Made by a program: the position numbers and the translations under genes | Shown: positions 51,612-64,000 of the stretch, piece after piece | Layout: each line of letters starts with the position of its first letter | How positions within the stretch are numbered: the first letter of the stretch is position 1 | Source of the DNA: Glaucostegus cemiculus | Lineage: Eukaryota | Length of the DNA: 64,000 nucleotides | Direction: 5' to 3' | NCBI GenBank assembly: GCA_976551045.1 | Contig: CDPCPM010000281.1 | Coordinates: 15,562,001 to 15,626,000 of the forward strand | Notes under the pieces: model-generated | Seen by the model: only the letters and a program-made list of their open reading frames with translations | What the model was told of the DNA's origin: nothing | The model's database searches: none

Positions 51612-52300
51612 GGAGTACAAGTGCATAATTCGCTGAAAGCGGCGTCACAGGTAGACAGGGTGGTGAAAAAGGCGTTTAGCACACTGGCCTTCGTCAGTCA
51701 GGGCATTTAGTATAGGAGTTGGGATATTATATTGCAGTTGTACCTATCGTTGGTGAGGCCGCACTTGGAGTACTGTGTATTGCCTTGGTCACCCTATTAT
51801 AGAAAAAATGTGGTTAAACAGGAAAGAGTGCAGAAAAGATTTTTGAGGATGTTGCCAGGATTAGAGGGCCCGAGTTATAGGGAGAGGATGGAGAGGCTAG
51901 GTCTTTATTCCATGGAACATAGGAGGATGAGGGGCAACTTCATAGAGGTGTTTAAAATTATGAGAGGCATAGATATGGTTGATGGTAACAGTCTTTTCCC
52001 AGGGTAGGGGAGTCCAAAACTAGGTGGTGTACGTTTAGAGTGAGAGATTTAAAAGGGACCTGAGGGGCAACTTTATCATGCAGAGGGTGGTGAGTATATG
52101 GAATGAACTGCCAGGGGAAGTGGTTGAGGCAGATACAACAGTATCATTTAAGAACCACTTGGATAGGTAGATGGAGGGGTGGGGCTTGGAGGGATATGGG
52201 CCAAATACAGGAAATTGGGACTAGTTGGGTGGGCACCGTGGTCGGCATGAACTGGTTGGGCCGAATGGCCTTTATCTGTGCTGTATTGCTCTATGACTCT
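51612..52300 (+). mobile_element. CR1 LINE 3' end (relatively young)
   Basis: ORF 51732..52007 QLYLSLVRPHLEYCVLPWSPYYRK...ERVQKRFLRMLPGLEG.SYRER. Confidence 0.92.
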
Positions 52301-52864
52301 ATTTTGTTATTCTAGGGACGGTGCCTGGTGCACCTGAGAGTGACAACTTCTTGCTGAAAACTGCTGTGAAATGCATTAAAGACATGTTTCCGTCTTCTCT
52401 CACCCTCCACACCTCCCAACATTGTAATATCATTAAACTCAGTCTCGCAGCTACATCAGAATTTCTCAAGCCATTTAAGCTCAATTATTACTCCCCTGAT
52501 TAATTCATGTATTTAATTCTCTCATTCCAGTGTCTGCTGGCCAGGAGATCCAACATTATTTAATTAACTGGCTTTGGCATTATTTAATCTATTTAATTTC
52601 ATATACTTATACGTTTATTGAATCCCTTATCTCCAATTTTATTTAGTTAATCCTCCAATAATAATACTCATTTGACACAGGGGATTTATTATTAACCACA
52701 TAGATCTACATACAGAGTATTAGAATCTCCTGCAATTGCCATCCATCTAGTTGTAATAATTTATGACCATACTTTATTTCAAAATGCATACTTCTATCGC
52801 ATGCAAATATTTACAGTGCTAACTCCTTTGTAAGCTACAACTTGTAATATTCTTTCAACTTCCT

Positions 52865-53615
52865 TATTAGCTGGTGATCCAAGTACAGGAGTGAAGATAT
52901 TTTGTGGCAATTACTGCGGGCCCTGGTGAGACCATACCCTGCAGTATGTGCAGTTTTGGTCTACTACCTGAAAAAGTATTTATTTGTCACTGGACATTGG
53001 AGACACAAGACACTGCAGATGCTGGAATCTGCAGCAACGAACAATCTGCTGGATGGACTCAGCAGGTTGAGCAGCATCTGTGGGAGGAGAGAAATTGTCA
53101 ACATTTTGGGTTGACCCTTTGCATCAGGACTGAGAGTGGAGACGTGAGGTGGCTGGGACAGAGAGAAGGGGAGTGGCAAGGAAGGACTGAACATTCACTA
53201 GACAAGCTAATGGGATGGCAGATTTGCCATACAAGGAGACGAGGCCTGAGAGGAGATTTCATCAAAACTTACAGAATTCTTACAAGGCTCAACAGGGCGA
53301 ACGTAGGGAGGACGTTTCCTCTGGCTGAGGAACTCGGAGTCATGGTCTCAGAATAAGGGACAGGCCAATGAGTATTGAGATGAGCAGAAACTTCTTCAGC
53401 AAGGGGGTGGGTGAATCTCTGGAACTCTCTACCCTGGAAGGCTGTGGGGGCTGACATTCAAAATAGATGGAGAGATTTCTGAATCTTAAGGGAATCAAAG
53501 GATATGGGGACAACACGGGAAAGTAAAGCTGAGGTAGATCTGCCATGATGACAAGGAATGGCAGGGAGGGTTGAAAGGTCAGATGACTACTTCTGCTGCT
53601 AATTCCAATGTTTTA
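52865..53615 (+). mobile_element. CR1 3' fragment containing a Penelope-derived insert (about 53000-53190)
   Basis: LLRALVRP, LRGDFIKTYRILTRL motifs flanking a ctgcagatgctggaatctg arm. Confidence 0.75.
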
Positions 53616-54809
53616 TCTCTTATTATCTGTTCAGCTACAACTTACATAACTTATTTTCCATGCTCTTCTCCTTTTAACTTGGGATCTTCCATCCAGCAAC
53701 ATATACCAATCATTTAACTGTGTTGGGAAAAGGGTGCTATTGTTAAAGTAAAAAAACTAAACTGCTTTTAATGTAAAATTTACCTTTATGCTGAGCAAAT
53801 ACATGGCCAGCACTCTTTGCAACTGAAATTTATGTAGGTAGTGACAAGCAGAAGCTGCAGCAGCAGAAGGTACGAACTAGGACGAACTGATGGGTACCAA
53901 ATAAGTCTTTTTCAGGATGCTTAAAGGACAATGTTATTGATTTTCTGGCATGCCACTCACTCCATTCACATGGCCACTCCTGATCAATATCTGGTTCACT
54001 GTTATTAGCTGCCCATATTGTTAGGTTTTCTACTGCTCCTTTGTATACTTGGCTGTGCCCTGACTGTTCTATTAATTTATTGATCTGTTGATTTCAAAAT
54101 TGAAAGCTCAGGAAGTTGCTGTTCCATTCATCAATTAATTTGTGCGCAGCGTGCCCGATTAAATAGTTAATTCAGTGTCAATTTATTCAGTTGCTGATAA
54201 ACTATTTATTGATTGACCATGGCTACTTCTCTTTTATTTATTGGCCCACCATCAGTTCCATAGATTAATTTGGTGAGTCCTTGGATCCAAAATTTAATAC
54301 AGCTGCATTCACATGACTTGGTGGTAACTGTGTACTACTGTACTATCAATTTATGGAATTACTACTGTCCACTGTTGTATAATCAGCGAGTGCCTATGGC
54401 TTAATTTTCTTATGTCTGCCACTCTGTAAAGGTAATAATTAGCTAGGCTGCAACCTTCAGCAACTTAATGCCACGGTTAGTGAATTGTGAAGCATGTAGG
54501 TTGCATTATGTCAAAAATATATGTTCTGTTCTACTCTGAGTTACTTATTTTATCTTGTCTGTAATGGCAGAGGTCACCTCATCATTTTGATACAACTGAT
54601 ACGAACATCATACTGATCCTGACCGAAATAGTAAATGATAGGAGATCCATGGATCAATTCAATTGCCTGTAACCATTCTAATTAAACACTTTTCAAGAAA
54701 AAAGCAGCCCATTTGACCATCATGTTGGTGTGCAGCTCTTACAGAGCCCTCTAGTTTATCCCTGCTCCATCTCCACCAGCCTGCAATATATACTTCAAAT
54801 CTACTCATA

Positions 54810-55665
54810 CAGTCAGGGTTCTACAGCAAAGAAACAGGCCCTTCAACCCTCCACGTCTATGCCAACCATCATGCCTATCTATATCAATTCCCACCTGCCT
54901 GCACTAATTCCATATCCCTCTATGCCCTGCTCAATCAAATACCTGTCCAGATGCCTCTTAGATGTTGTTACTGTTCCTGCCTCCACCACCTCCTCTGGCA
55001 GCTCATTCCAGACACCAACTACTCTATGTGAAAAACTTACCCTTCAGATCTCCATAAACTCACTTCCCTCTAGTGTTAGATACCCTTACCATGGCTATCT
55101 ATGCCTCTCATAATTTTATGCACCTCTATCATGTCACCTCTCAGTCTCCTTTGCTCCAGGGACAAAAGACAATCCAGACTCTCCTTATAAATCAAATCCT
55201 CCAATCCAGGCAACATCCTTGTGAATCTTTTCTGCACGATCTCTGGTTTGATCACATCTTTGCTTTAGGGTGGCAACCACAACTGCACACAACATGTCAT
55301 AACCAACATTTTGTACAACTGTAACGTGACACCCCAATTCGTGTGCTCAGTGCCTCGGTCGATGAAAGCAAGCATGCCGTATGCCTTCTTCACCACCCTT
55401 TCTGCCTTTGTTGCCACTTACAGGGAATTAAGTACATGTACTCCAAGTACCCTCTGTTCAATAACTCCCTAAGGCCCTGCCATTCACTGTGTCTCTCTCA
55501 CCCTAATTTAACTTCCTGAAATGCATTTGTCTGATCTGTCATTCCCTTCAACACTTCCCGTGTTAATCTATATCCTGCTGTAACCTTGGACAACTTTTTT
55601 CACTATCCACAATACTACCAATTTTGCCTGCATCTGCAATCTTAATAATCGTGCCACCTATGTTC
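54810..55665 (-). mobile_element. CR1 LINE 3' fragment
   Basis: Reverse complement of the CR1 3' region (aacaggcccttcaaccc...ggcagctcattccagac...ggcaacatccttgtgaatc). Confidence 0.85.
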
Positions 55666-56550
55666 TCCCACGACCTTATCCATTCCCTTCTGAAAGCGAC
55701 AGCCAAACATAGTGAGAAATAAATCGTGAGTTTTTATTTTAATATCAGACCCAGAATATGGGTGAATGGGACGTGTCAGGTAGGGTTGCTTTGTCCTGAA
55801 TGGTGTAGTTTTATCAGCATTGCTGGTGCTATCCTCATCCAGACTGGTGGAGAGTATTCCATCACTTTCCTGACTTGCACCTTGTAGATACTGGAAAGGC
55901 TTTGGGGAGTCAGTGGAGTCAGCCTAGAAGCCACAGTATTTATGGGATTAGTACTGTTAAGTTTTGGTCAGCAACGTTTCCCAGGATAGGACGGTGGGGA
56001 ATTCAAATTTTCCACTTGAATGTAGGGGCCCCAATTAAGAAGCCTGCTGATGATTCCCATTTTGCAGTGTGGATATTAGTGAGGAAATTCTAGGCTACAG
56101 GAAGATAGCTAAAGCTTGTTTAGCTAGTCAGAAAAGTGGCTAAATTATACTCAACCAAGAGAAATATGAGGTAATTCATATGGGAAGAGCAAACTGGATA
56201 AGGGAATAAATGTAAGAAATAGCAGAATACAAGAAGACTTGGAGGAACGGTATACATGCACAGATCCCTGATGGCAGAAGGACAGGTAGATGACATGATT
56301 GAAGTGGCAAATGGAACAACTGTCTTTATTGGATGAGGCACAGAATAAAATGGACAGGAAATAATTCTAATATTATTTAACACATCTGTTAGGCCACGAA
56401 GAGAATCCTGTGTCTATCTCTGGTAACCACACTACAGGAAGGATGTGACAGCACAAGAGGCAGCGGAGATACACCAGATGATTTGGATACAAAAACAGAG
56501 GTTTTTTTACTGCAATTGTACAAGGCCCTGGTGAGACCAGACCTGTTGTG

Positions 56551-56682
56551 AGTCCTGATGAAGGGTCTCGGCCCAAACTGTTCATTTCTCTCCATAGATG
56601 CTGCCTGATCTGCTGAGTTCCTCCAGCATTTTGTGTGTGTGTTGCTCCAGATTTACAGCATCTGCAGCCTCTCTTGTGTCTC
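56551..56682 (+). mobile_element. Penelope-derived arm with degenerate minimal hammerhead ribozyme, nested in CR1 fragments (about 56050-57270)
   Basis: AGTC-CTGATGA-A-GGGT CTCG GCCC-AAAC followed by gatgctgcctgatctgctgagttcctccagca. Confidence 0.7.
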
Positions 56683-57879
56683 TGTCTTATTGTGTACAAT
56701 TTTAGCCACTTTACGTAAAAAGAGATATATATTTGCCATAGAGCGAGTGCAGTGAAGATTCATGACATTGGTTCCTGAGAAGGTGGATCTATCAGATCAG
56801 GAGAGATTTAGTAGGCTAGGTCTCTATTCTCTGAACTTAGAGGCGAGTTCACTTAAACTCCTGAGGTGGATATTGGGGCAGGATATTTTGCCTGGCTGGG
56901 GAACTCAGAACCGGGGTTCACAGTCTCCAAATAAGAGAAGGCCATTTATGTCTGAAATGAGGAGGACCATGGAGGCTCTGCCATTGACTGTATTCAGCAC
57001 ACAGATCGAGTTCATGGAGTTTTCAGCATGGAAATCGGCCTTTCAGCCCATTGTCCATGCTGACCAAGATGCCCCATCCAATCTTGTCTCATTTGCCAGT
57101 GTTTGGTCCATGAACCTTTCCAATCTGTGGACCTGTCCAACAGTCTTTTAGGCACATCTCGGGATTTTAGAGGAAGCTAAGCGTATTGGGAATAGGGCAG
57201 GAAAATGGCAGCGAGATCAGCCACAATCTTGTTGAATGGCCAAGAAAGCTTGAGGAGCTAAATTTCTAATGTTCTTACAAGGATGTTACTGGGCAGGAGA
57301 GTCATAGCTCTGAGATGATGGCTCATCTAGGCTGGGATTGTTTCGTTTCGAACAAAGGAATCTGCAAGATAGTTAACCGAAATATAAAATTATCTGAGGC
57401 TTATATAGGGCAAACAGAAAAGACGTATTTCTCTTAACAGGGGTTCAGTGAACCAGAAGGTATCCCATCACTTTAAAGGCAAGAAATTAAAAATCTAAAC
57501 AGGAGTGCAGAGGGACTGAAATTGGGTTTGGAGCAATCCAGTGGACCAGGGCACCAGGCAGCAGTGCTGAGGGAGAGACGCAAGTGGCACAGACACAGAC
57601 AGTGATTGTTTCTCATCTGTTTCTGCACCACATTGCCATTCCCTATTCAAAATGATCCCACCTGCCTTTAATCCAGCAACAGGGAAGTGGGCCCAAGTTA
57701 CTTGCTTTCTTCCGATCCTAACAAGTACTGATAACCTTTCATTTCTCCAATTCAAAACAATGGTCAATAAGTACATGACAAAGCACTAAGACTCAGGCAA
57801 CCAAGTTAGGACCAAGCAGAACAGGGAACAATTTCCACCCCTCCCACAGATAAACCTGAACCAACGGCACATTTTGAAG

Positions 57880-58040
57880 TAACACACAAAGCACTGGAGG
57901 AGCTCAGCTGGGCAGGCAGCATCTGACCTGATAAAAGGTCTTGACCTGAAATGTTGACTGTCCATCTCCCTCCATAGATGCTGCCTGACCCGCTGAGTTC
58001 CCCCAGCACTTTGTGTCTTGCTCCAGATTCTCTTGTGTAT
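57880..58040. mobile_element. Palindromic Penelope-derived repeat
   Basis: ctggaggagctcagctgggcaggcagcatct inverted against agatgctgcctgacccgctgagttcccccag; hammerhead relic at 57928-57960. Confidence 0.7.
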
Positions 58041-58949
58041 GCACATTTTGAAGTGCTAACATTCTGTTGTTTAGTCCACCCAAGAGCGTCAGCATTTAGT
58101 CAGCCACTCCGTCAGGGCTTGTATAACCAGGAAATTCAAATGGAGTTTCAGCACGGAGCTAGAAGTTTACTTTGACTACTAGATCATTAGCTCAGTGAGA
58201 GCAGGATGACATTTTGAAATCCACTGATAAAATTAACATAACGCTCAGTGTTGGGGTAAATCATGCTGGGTGGCTCCATCACAGCACACACTGGCACTGG
58301 GGATACACAGGTTTTACCGCTTTGGAGGAAGTGCTCAAAAAGCTCACATTTCCAGAATTTTGAGGGATGAGCTGCAATTTCATTGAAATCTTGGAAGGGC
58401 AGATGCTGTGAATTTATTTCCCTTTGTTTCTCTTTCCACAGATGTTGCCTGACCTGCTGAGCATTCCCAGCATTAATGTTTTTATATCAGATTTCCTGTG
58501 TCTGCAGTTTTGTTTTAATTTTTATCTACTAATTTATTTCCCCTGAATGGGGAGTATAGAATTAAGGATCCTGGTCTCAGAATAACAGGTCAGCATTTGA
58601 TTATGTGCTTGGAACTCCTTCACCCCTAGGCTGTGGAATTTTAGACCCATATATACTAAGAACTCTGAATGCCGAAGTTGATTCAAGATTGAAATTCATA
58701 GATTTTTGGGCACTAAAGAAATTGGGGAAGATGATGGAACCAGTGTAGAAGCTCAGCCACCACCTCCTCGAACAGGAGAGCAGGATTAATGGGCTTGATG
58801 ACCCAGTCCTCTCTCCATGCATCAGAACAAACCACTGACTCTGTGCCTTACACCTCATCCCTCCCACTCCCAGCTCCACTTTGAAAACTGTAACCCCTCC
58901 ACCCTTCCCCAAGTTCTGTTTTTGTTTGAGATGCACTGTTCATTTTCAG

Positions 58950-59260
58950 TCTAATGCTAGAGGGCATGCATTAAAAGTGAGAGGGGGAAAGTTCAAAGGA
59001 GATGTACGGGGCGAGTTTTCTTTTATTTTTACACACAGAGTGGTGAGTGCCTGGAATGTGCTGTCAGGGGTGGAAACAGATACAATAGAGGCATTTAAGA
59101 AGCTCTTAAGATAGGCACATGGATGTGCAGAGAATGGAAGGATATGGACCATGTGCAGGCGGAAGGGATTAGTGTGATTAGGCATCACTACCTTAATTAC
59201 TTTGGCACAACATCGTGGGCCGAAGGGCCTGTTCCTGTGCTGTTGTACGTTCTATGTTCC
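58950..59260 (+). mobile_element. CR1 LINE 3' end
   Basis: RGHALKVRGGKFKGDVRG..FTHRVVSAWN motif, gggccgaagggcctgttcctgtgctg tail. Confidence 0.88.
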
Positions 59261-59659
59261 ATTTCCTTTTCTAAACAGTCTTGTGAGTTTTCGCCAGCAG
59301 ATGGCGCTTGAATTACAGAAAACAATTGGAACTTCTTACAAGGTCTATTTTAATTTTATGAAAACAAAATGCTACAAGCAACCATTCTCATTAGCTATTA
59401 CTGCTCATTTAACAATTTTATTTATAACAATTTAACTATTTGAAAGTGCTTTTAAGAGGATTAATGAGGAAAATGTGTGGGAGAATAACTGTGCCAATGA
59501 TCCTCTCCCATTCATCCCATGAATATAAACTCACGCCTACAACCCAAAACTCACCCAGCCTAGCAGTCATTCCCTGAAGCCAAAGATCCCCAATCTGCTG
59601 CAAATCCGCTCCAAAGCCGGGCACTGATCACCCAGTCCAACGGCCAGCTCATTCAGATC

Positions 59660-59945
59660 AAATTTCAGCTCAAGAACTTCTTCCCTTCAGCCATTCAGCT
59701 CCTGATCCAACCTCCACAATCCTAATCCCTTCCCTCAGTATCACAGCACTATGACCACTTTGCACTACAATGGACTTTTCTTTGTTCTAATTGTGTTCTC
59801 TCTTGTCAAAATTGTGTATAGTTTATGTTTAATTTATGTTTTTCTTGTGAATGTTGTGTATCTGACACTGTCCGTGATGCTGCTGTAAGCACGTTTTTCT
59901 TTGCACCTGCACGTACATGTGCGTATGACAAGTTTGACTTTGACA
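59660..59945 (+). mobile_element. Rex1-type LINE 3' tail
   Basis: LKNFFPSAIQLL remnant and (TTTGAC)n end. Confidence 0.6.
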
Positions 59946-60474
59946 TCCAATCCAACTAAACATCCACATGCAATTTGCTAATGATTTCAATTCTCCAGTT
60001 GCAACCTTTATGCTATCACAAATATATGCTCGTAAGGATTCTGTAAAACTTCACTCATTTAAATTTACATCCATTTTTTGTACTGGGAATGGAGCACGGA
60101 CCAGCGGCAACTGAAATTACAGTTTTAACAAGCATTAACAAAATGCGGGTTGGAGTAGTGAAGCTTCAGGTTTAGACGTGGTTATTCCAGGAGGATATTA
60201 CTGGTTCCTGATATACTGCGACCCTCAGGTGAATGTCTGGTCTTTGAGAGACTGTAGGAGGCTAATGAAAAAATCATCTCAGCTCACAAAAATATGCACG
60301 AGTAATTTTGCTGCAAAATGTCAAAATATTTCATGAAATATGTAATGAAATTAGAAGAATTGTTTTCCAATGGTTCTCTCCCACCCACCAAAGTAATCTG
60401 GATACAGTAATTAATATGTTCCCAGTTCTGAAAAGGATATCTTAATGGGGTACTGGAGCACATGACAAAATGTT

Positions 60475-60695
60475 TAAACAAAAAATACTGGAAACACTCA
60501 ACGGGTCAGGCAGCATCTGTGGAAAGAGAAACAGTTAATGATTCAGGTTCAGGATCCTCACAGCACATGTTGAAAGGTCCCAGGTCTGAAACATTAACTG
60601 TTTCTCTTGCCACAGATGCTGCCTGGCCTGCTGAGTGTTTCCAACATTTTCTATTTTTATTTCAGATTTCCAAGATCTGCAGTTTTTTGATTTAC
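60475..60695. mobile_element. Palindromic Penelope-derived repeat
   Basis: tggaaacactca..ggtcaggcagcatctgtgg..agagaaacagttaatg mirrored by cattaactgtttctct..ccacagatgctgcctgg..tgagtgtttcca. Confidence 0.75.
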
Positions 60696-60769
60696 ACATT
60701 AAGATTGGCTGCTTCTGATGCACTGACATAATGAAGATGTAATCACGTTCCTCACTTATACCTAGGAGA

Positions 60770-61740
60770 TGGTGGATAGGACTCCAGGTGTCAGGAGGTG
60801 AGTCACTGGGCTGCAGGACAGCCAGCCTCTCACTTGCTTTGGTGGCAAACTACTTCTGGCTGGTCCAGTTGGAGCTTCTGGTCAATGGTGACCGCCAGGA
60901 TGTTGATGGTAGGGGACTCAACAATGGGAATGCCATTAAATATCAAGGGTAGGTGGTTAGATTCTGTCCTATGGGAGATGATCATTGCCTGGCAATTCCG
61001 TGGAACGAATGTTACCTGCCACTTATGCCATCCCTGGAATAGCTATGTCTTCCTGCATGGACTGCTTCAGTTCCTGGCATACATGAATGCATTGAACGTG
61101 GTTCAATCATCAGCAAACATCTCCACTTCCGACCTTGTGATGAAAGGAAGGTCACTGATGAGAGAGGTAAAGATAGTTGGACCTAAGCACGATGATGAGG
61201 AACTCCTGCAGCAATGTCCTGGGTTTAGGGTGCCTAACCACCCAACAATGGCAATCATCCTTCTCTGTGCAAGGTATGACTCCAACTACTGGAGGGTTTC
61301 CCCTAGCTGCCATTGACTTCCTCATAGTTTTAGTAGGGCTCCTTGTTGCTACACTTTGTTAAAAGCAGCCTGGACTTCAAGGGCAGGCCCTCTCACCTGC
61401 CCACTAGAATTCAACTCTTCCGTTCATATTTAGACCAAGGCTGAAATTAAGTCCAGAGCCAAACAGACATGGCAAAACCCAAACTGGGCAAGAGTAGGCA
61501 GGTTATTGGTGAGTAAGTGCCAGCTAATAAAACTATCAGTGACATTTCATCACTACGCTGATGACTAAGAGTAGATTGATTGGGCGGTAATTAGTCTGAT
61601 TGGATCTGTCCTGCTTTTTGTGAACAAGACATACCCGGGCAATTTGCCACACGGTTGGGTAAATGCCAGTGTTGTAACTACACTGGAATGGCTTGATTAG
61701 AGGTACTGAAGAACAGATCTTCATTGCTACTGCTGACAAG
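60770..61740 (-). mobile_element. CR1/L2-clade LINE RT fragment
   Basis: ORFs 61536..61739 (GIYPTVWQIARVCLVHKKQDRSNQTNYRPINLL) and 61103..61285 (LGPTIFTSLISDLP..EVEMFADD). Confidence 0.85.
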
Positions 61741-64000
61741 TGGCACAGGTTGATAATCCACGCACTAATACTTTAATACACCAATTAAAAGTTCACATTT
61801 GTGTGGGGTTCAACTGTTCATTTCAATTCACGCACGTTCCCTTTCCAGATTTCTTCCCCAGTATCGCTCTGATTAATCAGAGAGAGAGTGTTTCTAGCAC
61901 TATAAGCTCTCTAGGCTCACCTTTGCTTGGTTTTTTTTCTTGCTACCTTATTTTGCTTATTTCACTGGAAAGTAAATCTGACCCAGAGGTTTTTAAATCA
62001 TAAGGGGCTTGGCCTTTTCTGTCATTTACAAGATAGATTATGGGGAGCTCCTATATGTTCTTCAACTAATTTGATGATAATGTAAGTACACACCTAGGAT
62101 TCAGTCCATTGAAGATGTTTATGGAAGCTGCTGTTTAGCTGGAAGAACAAAGGATTCTGCTGGGCAAAAACTGTAACAAATTTATCATTAGGAATGGGTG
62201 GGGGAGCCTTTTGCAGAGCCACAGACCTGATCAATAACCCCCACCTGTCCACTCTACCAGTCAACTCTCTGGCACAGCATACCACCTCTAATCTCCTTAG
62301 CTTGAACATCAAGTGTTGCAAAATCTTTCTACGGTGAATACTCCACTTTGATCCATGTTGAACCTCTCCACCTTGAGAAACGTGGTTGAACCTTGATCAG
62401 TATGATTGGTTCGTTCATTACTTGTTGTGTGATCTCAATGATCAACCTCATCAACATTCACCTACTGGAGACTTGGTTGATTTTGACTGACTGCACCAGC
62501 TTGCCCCACCAGTAACAGGGACGAGGTTGACAAGTTTTGGCTACAACAAACCACGTGCTGGGGGAACTCAGCAGGTCATGCTGCATCTGTGGGAGGACAG
62601 GAATTGTCCCAGATTCCAGCAGATGCAGTCTCTTGTGTCTCCAAGTTTGGCTCCATCTCATTTCCTGCATTTGAGTAGCGAAAGTGGATAGTTAAAAGAA
62701 AGCCAAGGCATGGTTCCCTACAGGAGATTCAAGAAATTTACATGCAAATTAATATGCAAGGAATTTTTAAAAATGTAGATTACCAGGTAATAGCAGTGGG
62801 ACTAAGTCCACTTCAGCAGATTGGCAAACTTTTCTCTTGGATCCAATTGTTTTGCTTTACCTCTCATGATCAGAATGGTACTTCACTCACTTTTCCTTTC
62901 CAGATTTCTTCCCCGTCTCACTCTGATTAATCAGAGACAGTGTTTCTAGCAATACAGCCCCACTGTCTAGGATATCCTCCTCATTCTTTTCCCACCTATC
63001 TTAAAACCCTCTCAAGAATATTTTCCTTCAACCAAGTCTTGTATCTCTACAACTTTCTAGCTCCTTTTCCATTTGTCTACTCACTGCTCAGCCATACTAA
63101 GTTACACAGAAACATTATCCTGTGCCAGGATTCCCATTAAAAAAAAACCTGCTGTTGCACGTTCCCAACTGATCACAATAATGTTTCCTGTCAAACTGAA
63201 CAAGCTGCAGGATATGTTGTGGTTAAGCTAATCAGAGATGAAAGGAATGAGCAATAGTTTGTCAAACAACTTCCGCTAGTTCAGAGCTTCAGAAATAAGT
63301 CCTTGCGTCTCTTACAGTATCACCTGTGATTAATTCTCCCACATCCAGTTTCTGAAGTCAGCTGTTCTTAGCATTTTGCTTCCGAAAATAAAACTTGTGT
63401 TTCCCCCAAAAGCAATGGCCCAGATCGTGCTAAATGATTCCAAGAGGAACTGTCAGCGAACAGCCTCAGCTGGACTTGGACTTGTGGACACAGGTGGTGA
63501 AAGGCAGAAGTCTGGGACAAACGGGAGTTCTGGTGCAGATGCACCTTACTATCTCCCGTGCTGCTGGGCTCATCAACGAGCACAGAGGTGAAGGAGAGGG
63601 ATGAGAACAGGGTCCAGATGCACCTTGCATCTGGCCTTCAGCTTCACGTCAGGGAGGGATGGCCTCCAAACGGCAACATCTGAGAAAATAATTCCTGTGC
63701 TTTACTCACCTTAATTTAACAGTTTTAATTTGTTACTGTTTTGATTACATTTTAAAAATCATTTTAATATAATTTTTTTTAACAAAATGTACTTGAATGA
63801 TTTTAATAGTTTCCAACTGTAAAGGATGCTTCAAACCTGATAAGATGCCTTTGATGACCTCCTCACAGGGTGGAACCATTTCACTTCATTGTTTGGCTCT
63901 CAGATTCAAAGGCCAGCTTGTCTGGCTCTCCGCATCTGGGACACTAGGTGTGTGAGAATGGGGACGACAATTGCTGATCCCAGCAGGGGCTGCTGGGTCC

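Overview
Vertebrate genomic DNA. The repeat content (CR1 and Rex1-type LINEs, HE1/V-type and Deu-type SINEs, Penelope-derived palindromes) points to a cartilaginous fish; that assignment is inference. The only protein-coding gene I can support is the 3' half of huntingtin-interacting protein 1 (HIP1) on the minus strand. I assembled 16 GT-AG exons from 49844 down to a likely stop at 21666. All phases are compatible and give about 556 aa covering the late coiled coil and the talin-like THATCH (I/LWEQ) actin-binding domain. The 5' exons lie beyond base 64000, and the 3' UTR probably runs to about 18.9 kb. The rest is intronic or intergenic and dense in decayed retroelements; most ORF-track entries are LINE fragments or noise. 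The best leads are a 34-bp minisatellite apparently seeded from an HIP1 splice donor, fossil minimal hammerhead ribozymes in many palindromic Penelope-derived repeats, a possible 3'-UTR intron with alternative C-termini, and a LINE that supplies the 3' splice signals of a coding exon. I found no clearly novel multi-gene system. Exon coordinates were read base by base; transposon boundaries are approximate and family names come from motif recognition, not database searches.
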